A DNA stretch of 59,841 nucleotides. It comes from Candidatus Microgenomates bacterium (GTDB taxonomy: Bacteria; Patescibacteriota; Microgenomatia; JACQLA01). A model generated the notes under the pieces. That model made no database searches. It was not told the DNA's origin and saw only the letters and a program-made list of their open reading frames with translations. The stretch covers positions 250,088 to 309,928 of the forward strand of contig JACQLA010000003.1 of the NCBI GenBank assembly GCA_016204255.1, written 5' to 3'. Positions 26,743 through 36,286 of the stretch are shown piece by piece (position 1 is the stretch's first letter; each line of letters begins with the position of its first letter). The translations under genes and the position numbers were made by a program.

Positions 26743-27594
26743 TTACACACCTGACTGCAGCTGATTTTGAGCCAGTTGAGTCGGCGGTGAAGGAGGAACA
26801 AGTGGTTCGACAAATTTCTCACCATTTGCTTCCAGAAGAAAAAATTTATACACGGATGGCCCCCCTGGTTTAACCGGCGAATATTCAACACCCCATTTTT
26901 CTATAACACTTTTGCCTTCCGCATCCGTAACCCAAACTTCCCGCTCCCATTCAACTATTGCTTTACTTGACTTCCACTCTTCCCAAGGCGCCTCATACCC
27001 TCCTCCTAGGTTCCTCCCCGGTGCATATCTTACCTTTAATCCTCCTGAGTAAGTTACAGTACCACTTCTTGAGGGTGTCCCAAAATTTTCCGGTTTTAAG
27101 TTCTTGTCCTTAAGGTGCGAGTCTTCCTGCCGCCAGCAATATCCGCTGCCTAATTCACAATCCAGATACTTCTGTAGATCATCATAGCGAGTTAGATAAA
27201 TCTTCATCTCCGCATCCGTCAAAGCAGTAGAATTATCGACCCTTTGGGAGGCAGTTGTTTCAGTATGGGGAATCGGCGGGGGCTTAATAATCCCTGCAAC
27301 TCCGCCGGGAACTATTCCCTTCTTTGTAAAATCGCTAAGGGCCTGATCCGATGAAGTTTTTGCCGCCTCAACTATTGCAGGCGTATCTTGCTTTGGCGGA
27401 AAATAGGGTTGAATGAATTTTTGATTAAGTTGATCTACTCCGTGAGCGGCAGCGACACCGGTACCCAGTGCCACACCACCCTTTCCCACAATCTCCGCTG
27501 TTTTAGTAGCTTTCGGATGTTCCTGGAACCATCCGCCAATCTTCCCCTTAATCTTTCCAAAAAAACCCTGTTCGCTTGCTCCTGGTTCTGACAT
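26743..27594 (-). CDS. Hypothetical membrane-anchored exported protein
   Basis: Gly/Ala-rich anchor helix and Pro-rich linker; no family recognised. Confidence 0.7.
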   Translation of the reverse strand: MSEPGASEQGFFGKIKGKIGGWFQEHPKATKTAEIVGKGGVALGTGVAAAHGVDQLNQKFIQPYFPPKQDTPAIVEAAKTSSDQALSDFTKKGIVPGGVAGIIKPPPIPHTETTASQRVDNSTALTDAEMKIYLTRYDDLQKYLDCELGSGYCWRQEDSHLKDKNLKPENFGTPSRSGTVTYSGGLKVRYAPGRNLGGGYEAPWEEWKSSKAIVEWEREVWVTDAEGKSVIEKWGVEYSPVKPGGPSVYKFFLLEANGEKFVEPLVPPSPPTQLAQNQLQSGV

Positions 27595-27659
27595 AAAAAA
27601 ATCATAGAGTAATTATCTTATTTTGTCAATAATAGGGTTGGGATTAGATATGAAAACTT

Positions 27660-28847
27660 TTAGGGGAAAAGATTTTTAAATTTCTCAATTAGATTGTTTC
27701 GTAAAAGATCGTTATACGAGATTAAAATAAGTAAAATTATAAGTAACAGGAATCCAACTTGATGTGTAATGGCTTCCACTTTTGGTTTAACCCGCTTACC
27801 GATTACAGCCTCAATTCCGATAAACAAAAGCCTTCCCCCATCTAGCGCCGGAATTGGCAAAACATTGAAAAAGGCAAGAGAAATAGAAAGCATTCCGACT
27901 AAATTAAGCATTTGGGTTATCTTTTCTTTGATATCAGGAATTTGGAGTACTGCCCCAATTATAGAGGCTATACCCAGTGGTCCAGAGACCGACTCACCCA
28001 CTGGCCCCACTGTACGCTCTTCAAAAGAAAGAGCTATAAGATCGCCTAAGATTTTTAGAGTATAAAAAAGGAAGTTTATAGAATACGTTATTCCGGAAAA
28101 AAGTTTTTGTGGTAGTGTATCAAAGCTAATAATAGCCATCGGGAAAAAGGCAACACCCAATGCTCCCTCATTCTTGGGTGGCGTGATTCGAGGAATTATT
28201 TTTCCTGTAACAGACCTACCGGTTTTTAATTCTTGCCACTCAATCGCAAATTCCTTACCCCTATATTTATCCACTATATTTTTAAAAGAAGTTTGATCCT
28301 CTACTTTTTGTCCAGTAATAGATAAAATTTTAAAAGGGGCTTTCATCCCCGTATTTTCTGCAGGGGACCCGGGTGAAACGTAGCTTACAACAAGTTCTGG
28401 CTTATCAACATTATAGTCCGCCTGATTCGCAAGGAAAAATCTGTACTTTGTTACAAGCGGCAGGTCCGTTTTAAAATTTGAAACAAACAAAAAGGTGTAG
28501 AAAGCTGAAATGGCGAGGAGGAAATTCATAGCTACTCCGGCCAAAAGAACCACCGTCCGTTGCCATTTTGGTCTTGAAAAAAAAGCCCTTTTTAGATTCT
28601 CTTTATGGGATCCGGTAGTAAAATGGCTCTCTTCATCCTCGCCAAAAAGTTTAACAAATCCGCCAATGGGAAGCAGATTCAGGGAGTAAATTGTTTCTCC
28701 AACCTTTTTGCCAAAAATTCGCGGCGGAATACCAAAACCAAACTCGTCTACCCGAATCCCCAGTTTTTTGGCAACAAGGAAATGACCCAGTTCGTGAACA
28801 AAAACAAGAAGCGAAAGTACAGCAATAAAAACAATGGCGGTAATCAT
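27660..28847 (-). CDS. rseP: RseP-like M50 intramembrane metalloprotease with PDZ
   Basis: HELGH, LAGVAMN and NVLPIPALDGG motifs. Confidence 0.95.
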   Translation of the reverse strand: MITAIVFIAVLSLLVFVHELGHFLVAKKLGIRVDEFGFGIPPRIFGKKVGETIYSLNLLPIGGFVKLFGEDEESHFTTGSHKENLKRAFFSRPKWQRTVVLLAGVAMNFLLAISAFYTFLFVSNFKTDLPLVTKYRFFLANQADYNVDKPELVVSYVSPGSPAENTGMKAPFKILSITGQKVEDQTSFKNIVDKYRGKEFAIEWQELKTGRSVTGKIIPRITPPKNEGALGVAFFPMAIISFDTLPQKLFSGITYSINFLFYTLKILGDLIALSFEERTVGPVGESVSGPLGIASIIGAVLQIPDIKEKITQMLNLVGMLSISLAFFNVLPIPALDGGRLLFIGIEAVIGKRVKPKVEAITHQVGFLLLIILLILISYNDLLRNNLIEKFKNLFP

Positions 28848-28851
28848 TTTG

Positions 28852-29403
28852 TCAAATTGTCAACAATTCCTCCTCTTTCTGTTTGCCAATTGCTTCAATT
28901 TCTTCCATTATCTTATCAGTAACTTCCTGCAGCTCCTTTTCCTGATGAACTCTTTCATCTTCGGAAATTTCATCACCCTCGAAACCCCTTTTAATCTCGG
29001 CCATTCGTTCGTGTCTTATCTGACGGATCATGATCCGGCCGCCCTCGATTTTCTGCTTAACCAATTTAACCATTTCCAATCTTCTTTCTTCAGTCAAAGG
29101 CGGAATACTGATTCTTAAGAGCGGGCCATCGATTACTGGATTTAAACCCAAGCCCGAAGTCATAATACCGTTTCGAATCTCGCCAATGATTGAAGGGTCA
29201 AAGGGAGTAAGGGTTAAAGTCTGCGGGTCCGGGGCGGAAATTGTACAAAGCTCCATGATTTTTAATTTCTGGGCACCGCCGTAACAGGAAACCGAAATAT
29301 TTTCCAAAATAGCCGGCGCCGCTTTTCCGGTCCGAACAGTTCCCAAATCATCCCGCAGAATTTGCAGGGTTTTTTGCATCTTTTGTTTTATTTCCTCAAT
29401 CAT
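28852..29403 (-). CDS. frr: Ribosome recycling factor
   Basis: VRTGKAAP and IPPLTEERR motifs. Confidence 0.97.
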   Translation of the reverse strand: MIEEIKQKMQKTLQILRDDLGTVRTGKAAPAILENISVSCYGGAQKLKIMELCTISAPDPQTLTLTPFDPSIIGEIRNGIMTSGLGLNPVIDGPLLRISIPPLTEERRLEMVKLVKQKIEGGRIMIRQIRHERMAEIKRGFEGDEISEDERVHQEKELQEVTDKIMEEIEAIGKQKEEELLTI

Positions 29404-29572
29404 TAATTACTCCTTTTAAAAAATTAACTTCACTTTATTTTATCAATTTTGCTCTTACATTTCCATTTCCAAAATTTACCTAAGCAATCCTCCGTAAGTT
29501 TCTGGGAACAAAAAAATGTTGGCAACAATATGTTAGTCCCATCTCCGTTCTAGAGAAACATATTTTAGAGGA

Positions 29573-30025
29573 CTATATCTGGAGTCTTTTGAAAGATTTG
29601 ATGACGATATTTTCGCCAAGTTTGCCGATAACTTCTTTAATCAAATCTCCGATCTTTTTCTTAGGATCGCGGATGTATTCCTGTTTTAAAAGCTCATTAA
29701 CATCTTTCGGGTCCATCGAGGCAATTTGCATCGCAATTTCATGGGCTAATTTTTTAAAATCATCTGTTCGGGCAACAAAATCGGTCTCACAAGTAAGGGC
29801 CACCATCGCGCCAACTTTGCCCGTGGCATGGATATAACAATCTACAATTCCCTGAACTGTTTCCCGGCCTTCTTTTTTTACAGCCCTCTCGATTCCTTTT
29901 CTTAAAAGCCATTCTTTTGCCTTTTTAAAATCTCCGTCGCATTCCTCAAGAGCTGTGCGGCATTCAATAATCCCTCCGCCGGTTTCCTCACGAAGCTTTT
30001 TAATGTCTTCAATTGTCACTTTCAT
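29573..30025 (-). CDS. tsf: Elongation factor Ts (short form)
   Basis: IKKLREETGGGIIEC and CETDFVARTDDF motifs; about 150 aa. Confidence 0.95.
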   Translation of the reverse strand: MKVTIEDIKKLREETGGGIIECRTALEECDGDFKKAKEWLLRKGIERAVKKEGRETVQGIVDCYIHATGKVGAMVALTCETDFVARTDDFKKLAHEIAMQIASMDPKDVNELLKQEYIRDPKKKIGDLIKEVIGKLGENIVIKSFKRLQI

Positions 30026-30053
30026 ATGCTTTTTTGTCAAACCTACACATTTC

Positions 30054-30167
30054 CGTCATTTCGAGCCCCACCCATGGGGCGAGAAATCTAGCGAAGGGAC
30101 GTCAGACGTCCCGAAGCGTAAATTGCGGCACTTCGTGCCTAGATTTCTCATTTCATTCGAAATGACT
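30054..30167. repeat. Complete gene-less CGTC-type REP element between rpsB and tsf
   Basis: CGTCATTTCGAG..GAGAAATCTAG / CTAGATTTCTC..TTCGAAATGAC, with three internal mini-hairpins. Confidence 0.85.
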
Positions 30168-30212
30168 GATCATTTTTCCATCTTGAGGTCAAACCTCCTA
30201 AAACTCCCTTCT

Positions 30213-31070
30213 TTATGTTTTTTTCTTTACCCTTTTTACTTTTGTCGCTGTCTCTTTTTTCTTTCCCTTCTCTCCTGTATCCTCCGCAATAGCAACTTTC
30301 TTCTTTGCTTTTGGCTTGGCTACTTTTTCCTTATTCTCCACCTTTTTTTCTACAGCCTCTTCTGTTTTCTCTTCCGCGGCTCCTTTTTTCTCAAATATCT
30401 GCCTTCCTTCTAAAACTGCATTAGCCAAAAAAGCGGTAATTAGTTTGATTGAACCAACTGCATCGTCATTTGCGGGGATTGGCCAAGCAACAAGATCGGG
30501 GTTAACATTGGTATCTACAATGGCGACACACGGAATCCCAACTCTTTCCGTTTCTTTAAGCGCTCCTTTTTCCTTACGAACATCAATGATATATAAAGCA
30601 TCTGGTTGCTCATCTTTTAAGCTTTCCACACCTTCATAAAGTTTTTCCAGCTTTTTCAGCCTTCTTTCCATCAAAAGCTTTTCTTTTTTAGTCCACTTAT
30701 CTTTTGTTAACTCCTCTCGTATCTGGTCCATGGCTTTTAGATTTTTTCTCACTTCTTCCCAGTTGGTCAAAAATCCGCCGACCCAACGCTCGGTAACGTA
30801 AAAAGCGCCACAGCGCTTCGCTTCTTCAGCAATCACATTTTTGGCTTGTTTTTTTGTTCCCAGAAAAATTATTTTACCGCCTCCAGAGGCTAAATCGCGC
30901 AGAAAATTAGCGGCCTCCTCTAAACCTTTTTTAGTCTTAACTAAATCAATAATTTGGATTTTGTCGCGATTGGTGTAAACAAATTCCTGGGCTTTTGGAT
31001 GCCCTTTGGGAACCTGGTGGCCGAAATGACAACCGGCCTCAAGTAGTTCTTGTAGAGTAATTTCTCTCAT
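30213..31070 (-). CDS. rpsB: 30S ribosomal protein S2 with a Lys/Glu-rich tail
   Basis: LLEAGCHFGH, RWVGGFLTN, VDTNVNPD and PANDDA motifs; ATG at 31070 after AAGGAG. Confidence 0.98.
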   Translation of the reverse strand: MREITLQELLEAGCHFGHQVPKGHPKAQEFVYTNRDKIQIIDLVKTKKGLEEAANFLRDLASGGGKIIFLGTKKQAKNVIAEEAKRCGAFYVTERWVGGFLTNWEEVRKNLKAMDQIREELTKDKWTKKEKLLMERRLKKLEKLYEGVESLKDEQPDALYIIDVRKEKGALKETERVGIPCVAIVDTNVNPDLVAWPIPANDDAVGSIKLITAFLANAVLEGRQIFEKKGAAEEKTEEAVEKKVENKEKVAKPKAKKKVAIAEDTGEKGKKKETATKVKRVKKKT

Positions 31071-31084
31071 ATTTCTCCTTTTTG

Positions 31085-31128
31085 CCTCCACTCGTTTTAT
31101 ATTTGGTCAGGAGAATAAACGAGTGTGT
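31085..31128 (-). ncRNA. rpsB leader hairpin (t44/S2-autoregulatory-like)
   Basis: ACAC-led stem CACTCGTTT/AAACGAGTG followed by GAGG; promoter TTGTAA-17-TAAAAT at 31141-31169. Confidence 0.55.
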
Positions 31129-31203
31129 GAATTTTCTGTCATTTTACCAGCAATCACTACGTTTTACAAGGTTGGCTTAAGGGTGAATTTTAGGGCTTAA
31201 AAT

Positions 31204-31876
31204 TTAACTGATTCTTGGTTTGATGATTGTTAGGTGGGGTGGATCTGCCGGGTGAGATGATTGCAAATCATAAGATATTCCTTTGCTTTCAAGCCATCCG
31301 AGAAGGCCCGCTGCATTCTTCCTCTTCATCTTGGACCACTCATAATGTTTACTTATCCAGGGAAAAATTTTCAGCTTTCCCCCCGGTTTTAAAACCCGTA
31401 AGGCTTCAGAAAATCCCATTCATAAATGCTTCTTTATCCTCGATTAAGTAAACACTCAAACATCTGGTTGAAAAACAAAGATCAAAGGTTTCATCGAGAA
31501 AGGGCAAATCTCCGGCAAGTGCGGCAGCATATTGTCCTAACCCTTCAGGAATAGAGTTAAAAAAAGTATCTCCTATTTCCCTAAATAATTTTGCGGATTT
31601 TACTCTTCCACGCATTTTTTTAAGTTTATCGGTAAACTTATTCATGCTCGTACGTAATTTGGTAAAATCATCATATTTATAATCAATTGCCACAGCCTGA
31701 GTACCCCTTCTGGCCAGTTCAAGTGTAACTGTTGATGCCCCGCCACCAATATCAAGAATTCTCATACCTCTGACATCTTCCGGAAGATCAAGCCAAATCG
31801 ATGCTGATTCTAAATCGATAGCAGTAGCGCCGGTTCTTTTAGCAATTTGATGTTCTACTTGAAGTAATTCTTTCAT
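31204..31876 (-). pseudogene. Class I SAM-dependent methyltransferase, frameshifted near 31410
   Basis: ILDIGGG..DLPFLDETFD in one frame and EALRVLKPGG in the next; removing one T from a T4 run fuses them. Confidence 0.75.
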
Positions 31877-31943
31877 TAGGATTTTTGGGATTATAGCAGC
31901 ATCTCATACTAGATTCAATCTACGTGAACAGGATAAAATATTT

Positions 31944-32001
31944 GAGGTTCAACCTCCCCCATCCTCGTCATTTCGAGCACAGCGAGAAATCTAGCGAAGC
32001 G
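31944..32001. repeat. AGGT-N3-ACCT unit plus the left arm of a CGTC-type REP
   Basis: GAGGTTCAACCTC (31944-56); CGTCATTTCGAG..GAGAAATCTAGCGAAGCG (31966-32001). Confidence 0.75.
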
Positions 32002-32044
32002 TCATAATTTGACGAGTGCTGGAACTTTAGATTAAACTGGAAGA

Positions 32045-33157
32045 ATGGGAGAAGATAATAAGGAAAATATTCCACCACAAACATCGGTAGAGACTATTCC
32101 AGCCCCACTACCCAAAACCCCCTTTAAGCGCTGGTGGAAATTGGGAGTTTTATTGATAGTAATACTATCCCTCTCCGGAGGCGCATATTATTTTGCAAAA
32201 ATAAAAACCCCACAAACAAGAATCTGCACCATGGATGTCAAGACTTGTCCTGATGGATCAAGTGTGGGCAGAGTAGGCCCAAACTGTGAATTTGCCCCTT
32301 GTCCAAAACCTTCTTCCACCTCCACTAACGAAACTGCTAATTGGAAAACATATACAAACAATGAGAAGGGATATTCTATTTCTTTTCCAAAAGATCAGTT
32401 TGTGAGAATAGTTTGTCCTCAAAAAGAGTTTTGGCTTGAACCAAATACTCCTCGCTTTCGCACTCAAGAAATTATTGATAGTGAAGTACACATTAATGAT
32501 GAGGAATGTGATAGGAATTTTGTTTATCACATTGATTTAACTACTTTTAAAAAATCGTCTTATAAACCTCCTCAAAATGATGAAATATTTGAAGTCAAAA
32601 AAGAAAATATAACTATCAATACTATGCCAGCAATAAAATATACGGTAGTGACAAAGAGCAAGCTAATGGATGATGGACAAAAGACATTAGAAACAAATTG
32701 GACAAATCAAACAGTCATAGAAAAAGGAGAAAATGTATACGTACTTTCTTATGAAAAGCCTGCATGGGCAGATTGGGATAGCATGGCAATCAAAATCCTT
32801 TCCACCTTTAAATTTTTATCCACCACGGCGGACAGGGATCAAAAGCAGACAAGTACAAATAATTCAGACATTTGCAATCTTATTAGTAACGCTACTTTTC
32901 GTTCTGTGGATAAGCAAAATGATGGTCTTGCAGTGGGTTATTGGACTATAAAACTTCAGAAGGGAACATCTCTGTCAGATTATGGTGAACCAACTTTTCA
33001 ATGGCAATATTCTGATGTTGTAAAAAGTGGATCGTATTCGTGTAAGAATAGTCTAATTGATGCTAAGGATTCTACTGGTAAGTCAATTTCAGCAACTTAT
33101 GATGCTAATCAAGAATTATTAGAATGGGATGGGGTGAAATATAAAAAGGCCAAATAA
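32045..33157 (+). CDS. Membrane-anchored surface protein with a CTMDVKTCPDG..CEFAPCP motif, PsbP-like core and an extra C-terminal domain
   Basis: TM helix, 4-Cys motif, ETANWKTY...ILSTFKFL boundaries; paralog of 34189-34866. Confidence 0.8.
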   Translation: MGEDNKENIPPQTSVETIPAPLPKTPFKRWWKLGVLLIVILSLSGGAYYFAKIKTPQTRICTMDVKTCPDGSSVGRVGPNCEFAPCPKPSSTSTNETANWKTYTNNEKGYSISFPKDQFVRIVCPQKEFWLEPNTPRFRTQEIIDSEVHINDEECDRNFVYHIDLTTFKKSSYKPPQNDEIFEVKKENITINTMPAIKYTVVTKSKLMDDGQKTLETNWTNQTVIEKGENVYVLSYEKPAWADWDSMAIKILSTFKFLSTTADRDQKQTSTNNSDICNLISNATFRSVDKQNDGLAVGYWTIKLQKGTSLSDYGEPTFQWQYSDVVKSGSYSCKNSLIDAKDSTGKSISATYDANQELLEWDGVKYKKAK

Positions 33158-33215
33158 GTTTTTAAATAGATAATTTACCCTCTTGGGAACCCTGTGCTTG
33201 AGGTAAGACTAAAAA

Positions 33216-33243
33216 AGATTGATTTACTACGCTCGCAATGACA
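33216..33243. repeat. Right arm of a CGTC-type REP (TTGCGAG subtype)
   Basis: AGATTG..CTCGCAATGACA. Confidence 0.6.
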
Positions 33244-33267
33244 AAAGGGAAATGGTAAAATTAGGTT

Positions 33268-33573
33268 ATGGGAAAAACTAAACTGCCGAAGTCTTTTAAA
33301 AAATATTTTTGGGATGTGGATTTTAAGTTATTGGATTTTGAGAAAAATAAGACCTTTGTGCTGAAGCGCCTTTTAGACAGAGGTGATACTCAAGCTTTGG
33401 TCTGGTTAAAGAAAAATTATAATAGAAACGAAATCGAACAGTTACTTTTAAGCACCCGTGATATTTCACAAAAAACCGCCAACTTTTGGGCTGACTATTT
33501 AAAGTTGGATCATAAAAAGGTGCCATGTTTACAAAAGCCATACTCCCGAATACCCTTCGGGCTCTCAAGTTAG
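33268..33573 (+). CDS. DUF6922-like antitoxin partner
   Basis: KYFWDVDF..FVLKRLLDRGD motif; overlaps the downstream nucleotidyltransferase. Confidence 0.8.
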   Translation: MGKTKLPKSFKKYFWDVDFKLLDFEKNKTFVLKRLLDRGDTQALVWLKKNYNRNEIEQLLLSTRDISQKTANFWADYLKLDHKKVPCLQKPYSRIPFGLSS

Positions 33574-34157
33574 TATCTAAGATAGATATTATCAAAAAAA
33601 GCTATTTGGCAGGCGGAACTGTGCTAGCTTTACATCTGGGACATAGATTCTCAGAGGATTTAGATTTTTTTACTCTCCAAGCCTTAGATGAAAATATTCT
33701 GGCAAACGATTTAAAAAGATTACCTGAATTTGTTGAAGAAGGGAAAGCCTGGAGAACTGTCTGGGGTAAAGTTGGCAATACCAAATTCAGCTTATTTTAT
33801 TACCAGTATCCATTAATCAAAGATCTGATTAACTTTGAGGATGTGCAGATTCTGGATAAGGAGGATATTGCAGCCATGAAAATTCATGCCTTGGAAGACA
33901 GAGGCACCAAAAGAGATTTTATTGATTTGTATTTTTTAGCTAAAGAATTTTCCTTGGAGCAGATGTTAGGGTTTTATGATCAGAAGTATGGTGTTTTAAA
34001 AGAACACTTATACATCATTTTAAGAAGTTTGGATTATTTTGCAGATGCTGAGGAAGATGAAATGCCTAAGATGATCAAAAAAGTTTCCTGGGAAGAGGTG
34101 AAAGAATTTTTCCAAAAAGAGGTGTTAAAGCTGGCCAAAGATAAATTTAAGGTTTGA
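33525..34157 (+). CDS. AbiEii/AbiGii-like nucleotidyltransferase toxin
   Basis: YLAGGTVLALHLGHRFSEDLDFF, KIHALEDRGTKRDFIDLY motifs. Confidence 0.9.
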   Translation: MFTKAILPNTLRALKLVSKIDIIKKSYLAGGTVLALHLGHRFSEDLDFFTLQALDENILANDLKRLPEFVEEGKAWRTVWGKVGNTKFSLFYYQYPLIKDLINFEDVQILDKEDIAAMKIHALEDRGTKRDFIDLYFLAKEFSLEQMLGFYDQKYGVLKEHLYIILRSLDYFADAEEDEMPKMIKKVSWEEVKEFFQKEVLKLAKDKFKV

Positions 34158-34188
34158 TACAAAAAGGATTCTTGTTATACTGAATTTA

Positions 34189-34866
34189 ATGCAAAAAGGA
34201 TTTGCACCGATTTTTATTTTAGTTGGAATATTAGTTATTACTGCAGTAGTAAGCGGAACGTATTACTTTTTAAAACTTAAAACCCCTCAGCCAAGAATTT
34301 GTACCATGGATGTCAAGACTTGCCTGGATGGATCAAGTGTTGGCAGAGCTGGTCCAAACTGTGAATTTGCCCCTTGTCCAAAATCTTCTCCAAGTCCTAC
34401 CCCTATTGATGAAACCGCCAATTGGAAAACATATATAAATAAGCAATTAGGGTTTTCAATTAAAGGCCCGGGAGATATTAAACAATATGATTTTCCCGGC
34501 AACATTCCTTCATATATCGCTATTTCTCTCCCTACTATTCCAGCAGATCAACATCAAGGAATAACAATTATGAGGTATCCTAACACTGAGATAACCATTC
34601 AAGAACTTATGGAAGATATTTCTTCTCAGCGTTTTTCTAATGCAAAGGACCCATCTGCAATATTTAAAAAATCTTATTATACTGTAGATGGTAAACAAGA
34701 AGAAATGATCACAAGGATAAGCTCAGGAAATGGTGAGGCAAGATTTTTATTTATACAAGCGAATAAAAACATTCTCGAATTTACAATATGGTACACAACA
34801 AAATATAAACAGGAAACCCTTAAGCTATTTGACCAAATCCTTTCCACCTTTAAATTTTTAGATTAA
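34189..34866 (+). CDS. Pilin-like-leader surface protein with the 4-Cys motif and PsbP-like core
   Basis: MQKGFAPIFIL leader; CTMDVKTCLDG..CEFAPCP; ends ILSTFKFLD. Confidence 0.8.
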   Translation: MQKGFAPIFILVGILVITAVVSGTYYFLKLKTPQPRICTMDVKTCLDGSSVGRAGPNCEFAPCPKSSPSPTPIDETANWKTYINKQLGFSIKGPGDIKQYDFPGNIPSYIAISLPTIPADQHQGITIMRYPNTEITIQELMEDISSQRFSNAKDPSAIFKKSYYTVDGKQEEMITRISSGNGEARFLFIQANKNILEFTIWYTTKYKQETLKLFDQILSTFKFLD

Positions 34867-34896
34867 ATTACGGTTATTTTATGCTATAATTGGGGT

Positions 34897-35139
34897 ATGA
34901 AAAAGACTGAAGAAAAACAATTTTTTACCAATGTCGTCTGGAAGGAAGGTAAATATTTTGTTGCCCAGTGTCTTAACGTGGATATTTCTAGTTTTGGCAA
35001 AACCTATGAGGACGCACTAAAAAATTTAGAGGAGGCATTAGAGCTTTATCTGGAAGACGCCCCTGAGGGCAGCATTACAGAAATCGAAATGCCCTCGCTC
35101 TCTATCGGTAGCGCCCCCAAGCATTCACATCATGCCTAA
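34897..35139 (+). CDS. hicB: HicB-family antitoxin
   Basis: GKTYEDALKNLEEALELYLE motif. Confidence 0.88.
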   Translation: MKKTEEKQFFTNVVWKEGKYFVAQCLNVDISSFGKTYEDALKNLEEALELYLEDAPEGSITEIEMPSLSIGSAPKHSHHA

Positions 35140-35347
35140 ATTACACTCTTCGCAGAAGATTATCAAAGTTCTTCGAACGCATGGCTTCGTTTTTGTCTCA
35201 CAAAAAGGTAGTCATGGCAAATTCCGTAAGTTGGTCGGTGGAAAAACCTTAACGGCAATTGTACCGATGGGAAAAAGAGAAATCCCGATGGGGACATTCC
35301 ACTCAATTTTAAGACAGTCTAATCTGAGTAAAGAAAATTTTGAATGA
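35132..35347 (+). CDS. hicA: HicA-family mRNA interferase toxin
   Basis: GFVFVSQKGSH..EIPMGTFHSILRQ motif. Confidence 0.9.
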   Translation: MPKLHSSQKIIKVLRTHGFVFVSQKGSHGKFRKLVGGKTLTAIVPMGKREIPMGTFHSILRQSNLSKENFE

Positions 35348-35419
35348 TATTACTTTTGTAAATCACCGCCTAGTGGAAGGGAGGCGTCATCTACATTTTT
35401 TTTGGGATGATTTTCTTTT

Positions 35420-35434
35420 GGAGGTCGGACCTCC
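35420..35434. repeat. AGGT-N3-ACCT palindrome between convergent hicA and tmk
   Basis: GGAGGTCGGACCTCC. Confidence 0.6.
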
Positions 35435-35470
35435 TTAAAATTCAAAACTTTCTTGTTTTGGTCATTTCCG

Positions 35471-36124
35471 TTATTTAAAATTTTGAATTTGTTTAGTATT
35501 TAGAGTTTTGAACTTCGGATTTTCTTTGATAATCCTTAAAATCTCCTCCGTTACCACGGGTATTGGCTTCTCTCCATCAATGACTACTATCTTGTCAGAA
35601 AATTCCTTTGCCAATTTTTCATAATTTTGCCAAACTTTTATCAGGGTCTGTTCTTTTTCAAAAAGTTCCCGCAAGGGTCGACTGGTCATAATTCTTTTTA
35701 AAGCTACATGCGGAGAAACATGTAAAAAAATTGTTAGGTCGGGAAAGTAAAGATTTTTTGCCAAACTAAATAGCCACTCTTCGTCAGCCGCTAACGCTCC
35801 AAAGGCCACAAACGACCAAATCGACCGGTCCGCCAGCACTATCCCGCTTTTTTCCAAAACAGGCTCAATTTCTTTCTCCTGTCTTTCAGAATGATCGGCG
35901 GCAAATAAAAATTCCAAAGTCGGAATAGAAATCTTAAGCTGGTGATTTAGGGCTTGGCGGATCAGGCCGCCAATCGGAGTATCTTTAGTCGCGGCCCGGG
36001 TAACAGCTGTTTTAAAACCTTCTTCCTTGAGTCTTTCGGCAATAAGAGTTACCTGGGTGGTTTGCCCCGCGCCATCAATTCCTTCAATATCAACAAAAAA
36101 ACCGGGATAGGGATGGGTTAACAT
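35471..36124 (-). CDS. tmk: Thymidylate kinase
   Basis: IEGIDGAGQTTQ, LFAADHSE and LADRS motifs. Confidence 0.93.
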   Translation of the reverse strand: MLTHPYPGFFVDIEGIDGAGQTTQVTLIAERLKEEGFKTAVTRAATKDTPIGGLIRQALNHQLKISIPTLEFLFAADHSERQEKEIEPVLEKSGIVLADRSIWSFVAFGALAADEEWLFSLAKNLYFPDLTIFLHVSPHVALKRIMTSRPLRELFEKEQTLIKVWQNYEKLAKEFSDKIVVIDGEKPIPVVTEEILRIIKENPKFKTLNTKQIQNFK

Positions 36125-36196
36125 CTATTATTTATTATTTATGATTTATTATTTTTAAAATAAAATAAGCAGTTACGCAGTGATTTTTAATTTGGC

Positions 36197-36223
36197 CGTC
36201 ATTGCGAACGAAGTGAAGCAATC
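36197..36223. repeat. Left arm of a CGTC-type REP (TTGCGA subtype)
   Basis: CGTCATTGCGAA..GAAGCAATC. Confidence 0.7.
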
Positions 36224-36286
36224 CTCTCATCGAAGAGCCAATGATAGTAAACGACGTAAGCTCTATTCAATATTAAATAATAACTA

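Noticed and set aside
32203-34860. Paralog pair as a DGR template/variable repeat
   Set aside because: Differences are not restricted to adenines, both copies are coding, and there is no reverse transcriptase in the window.
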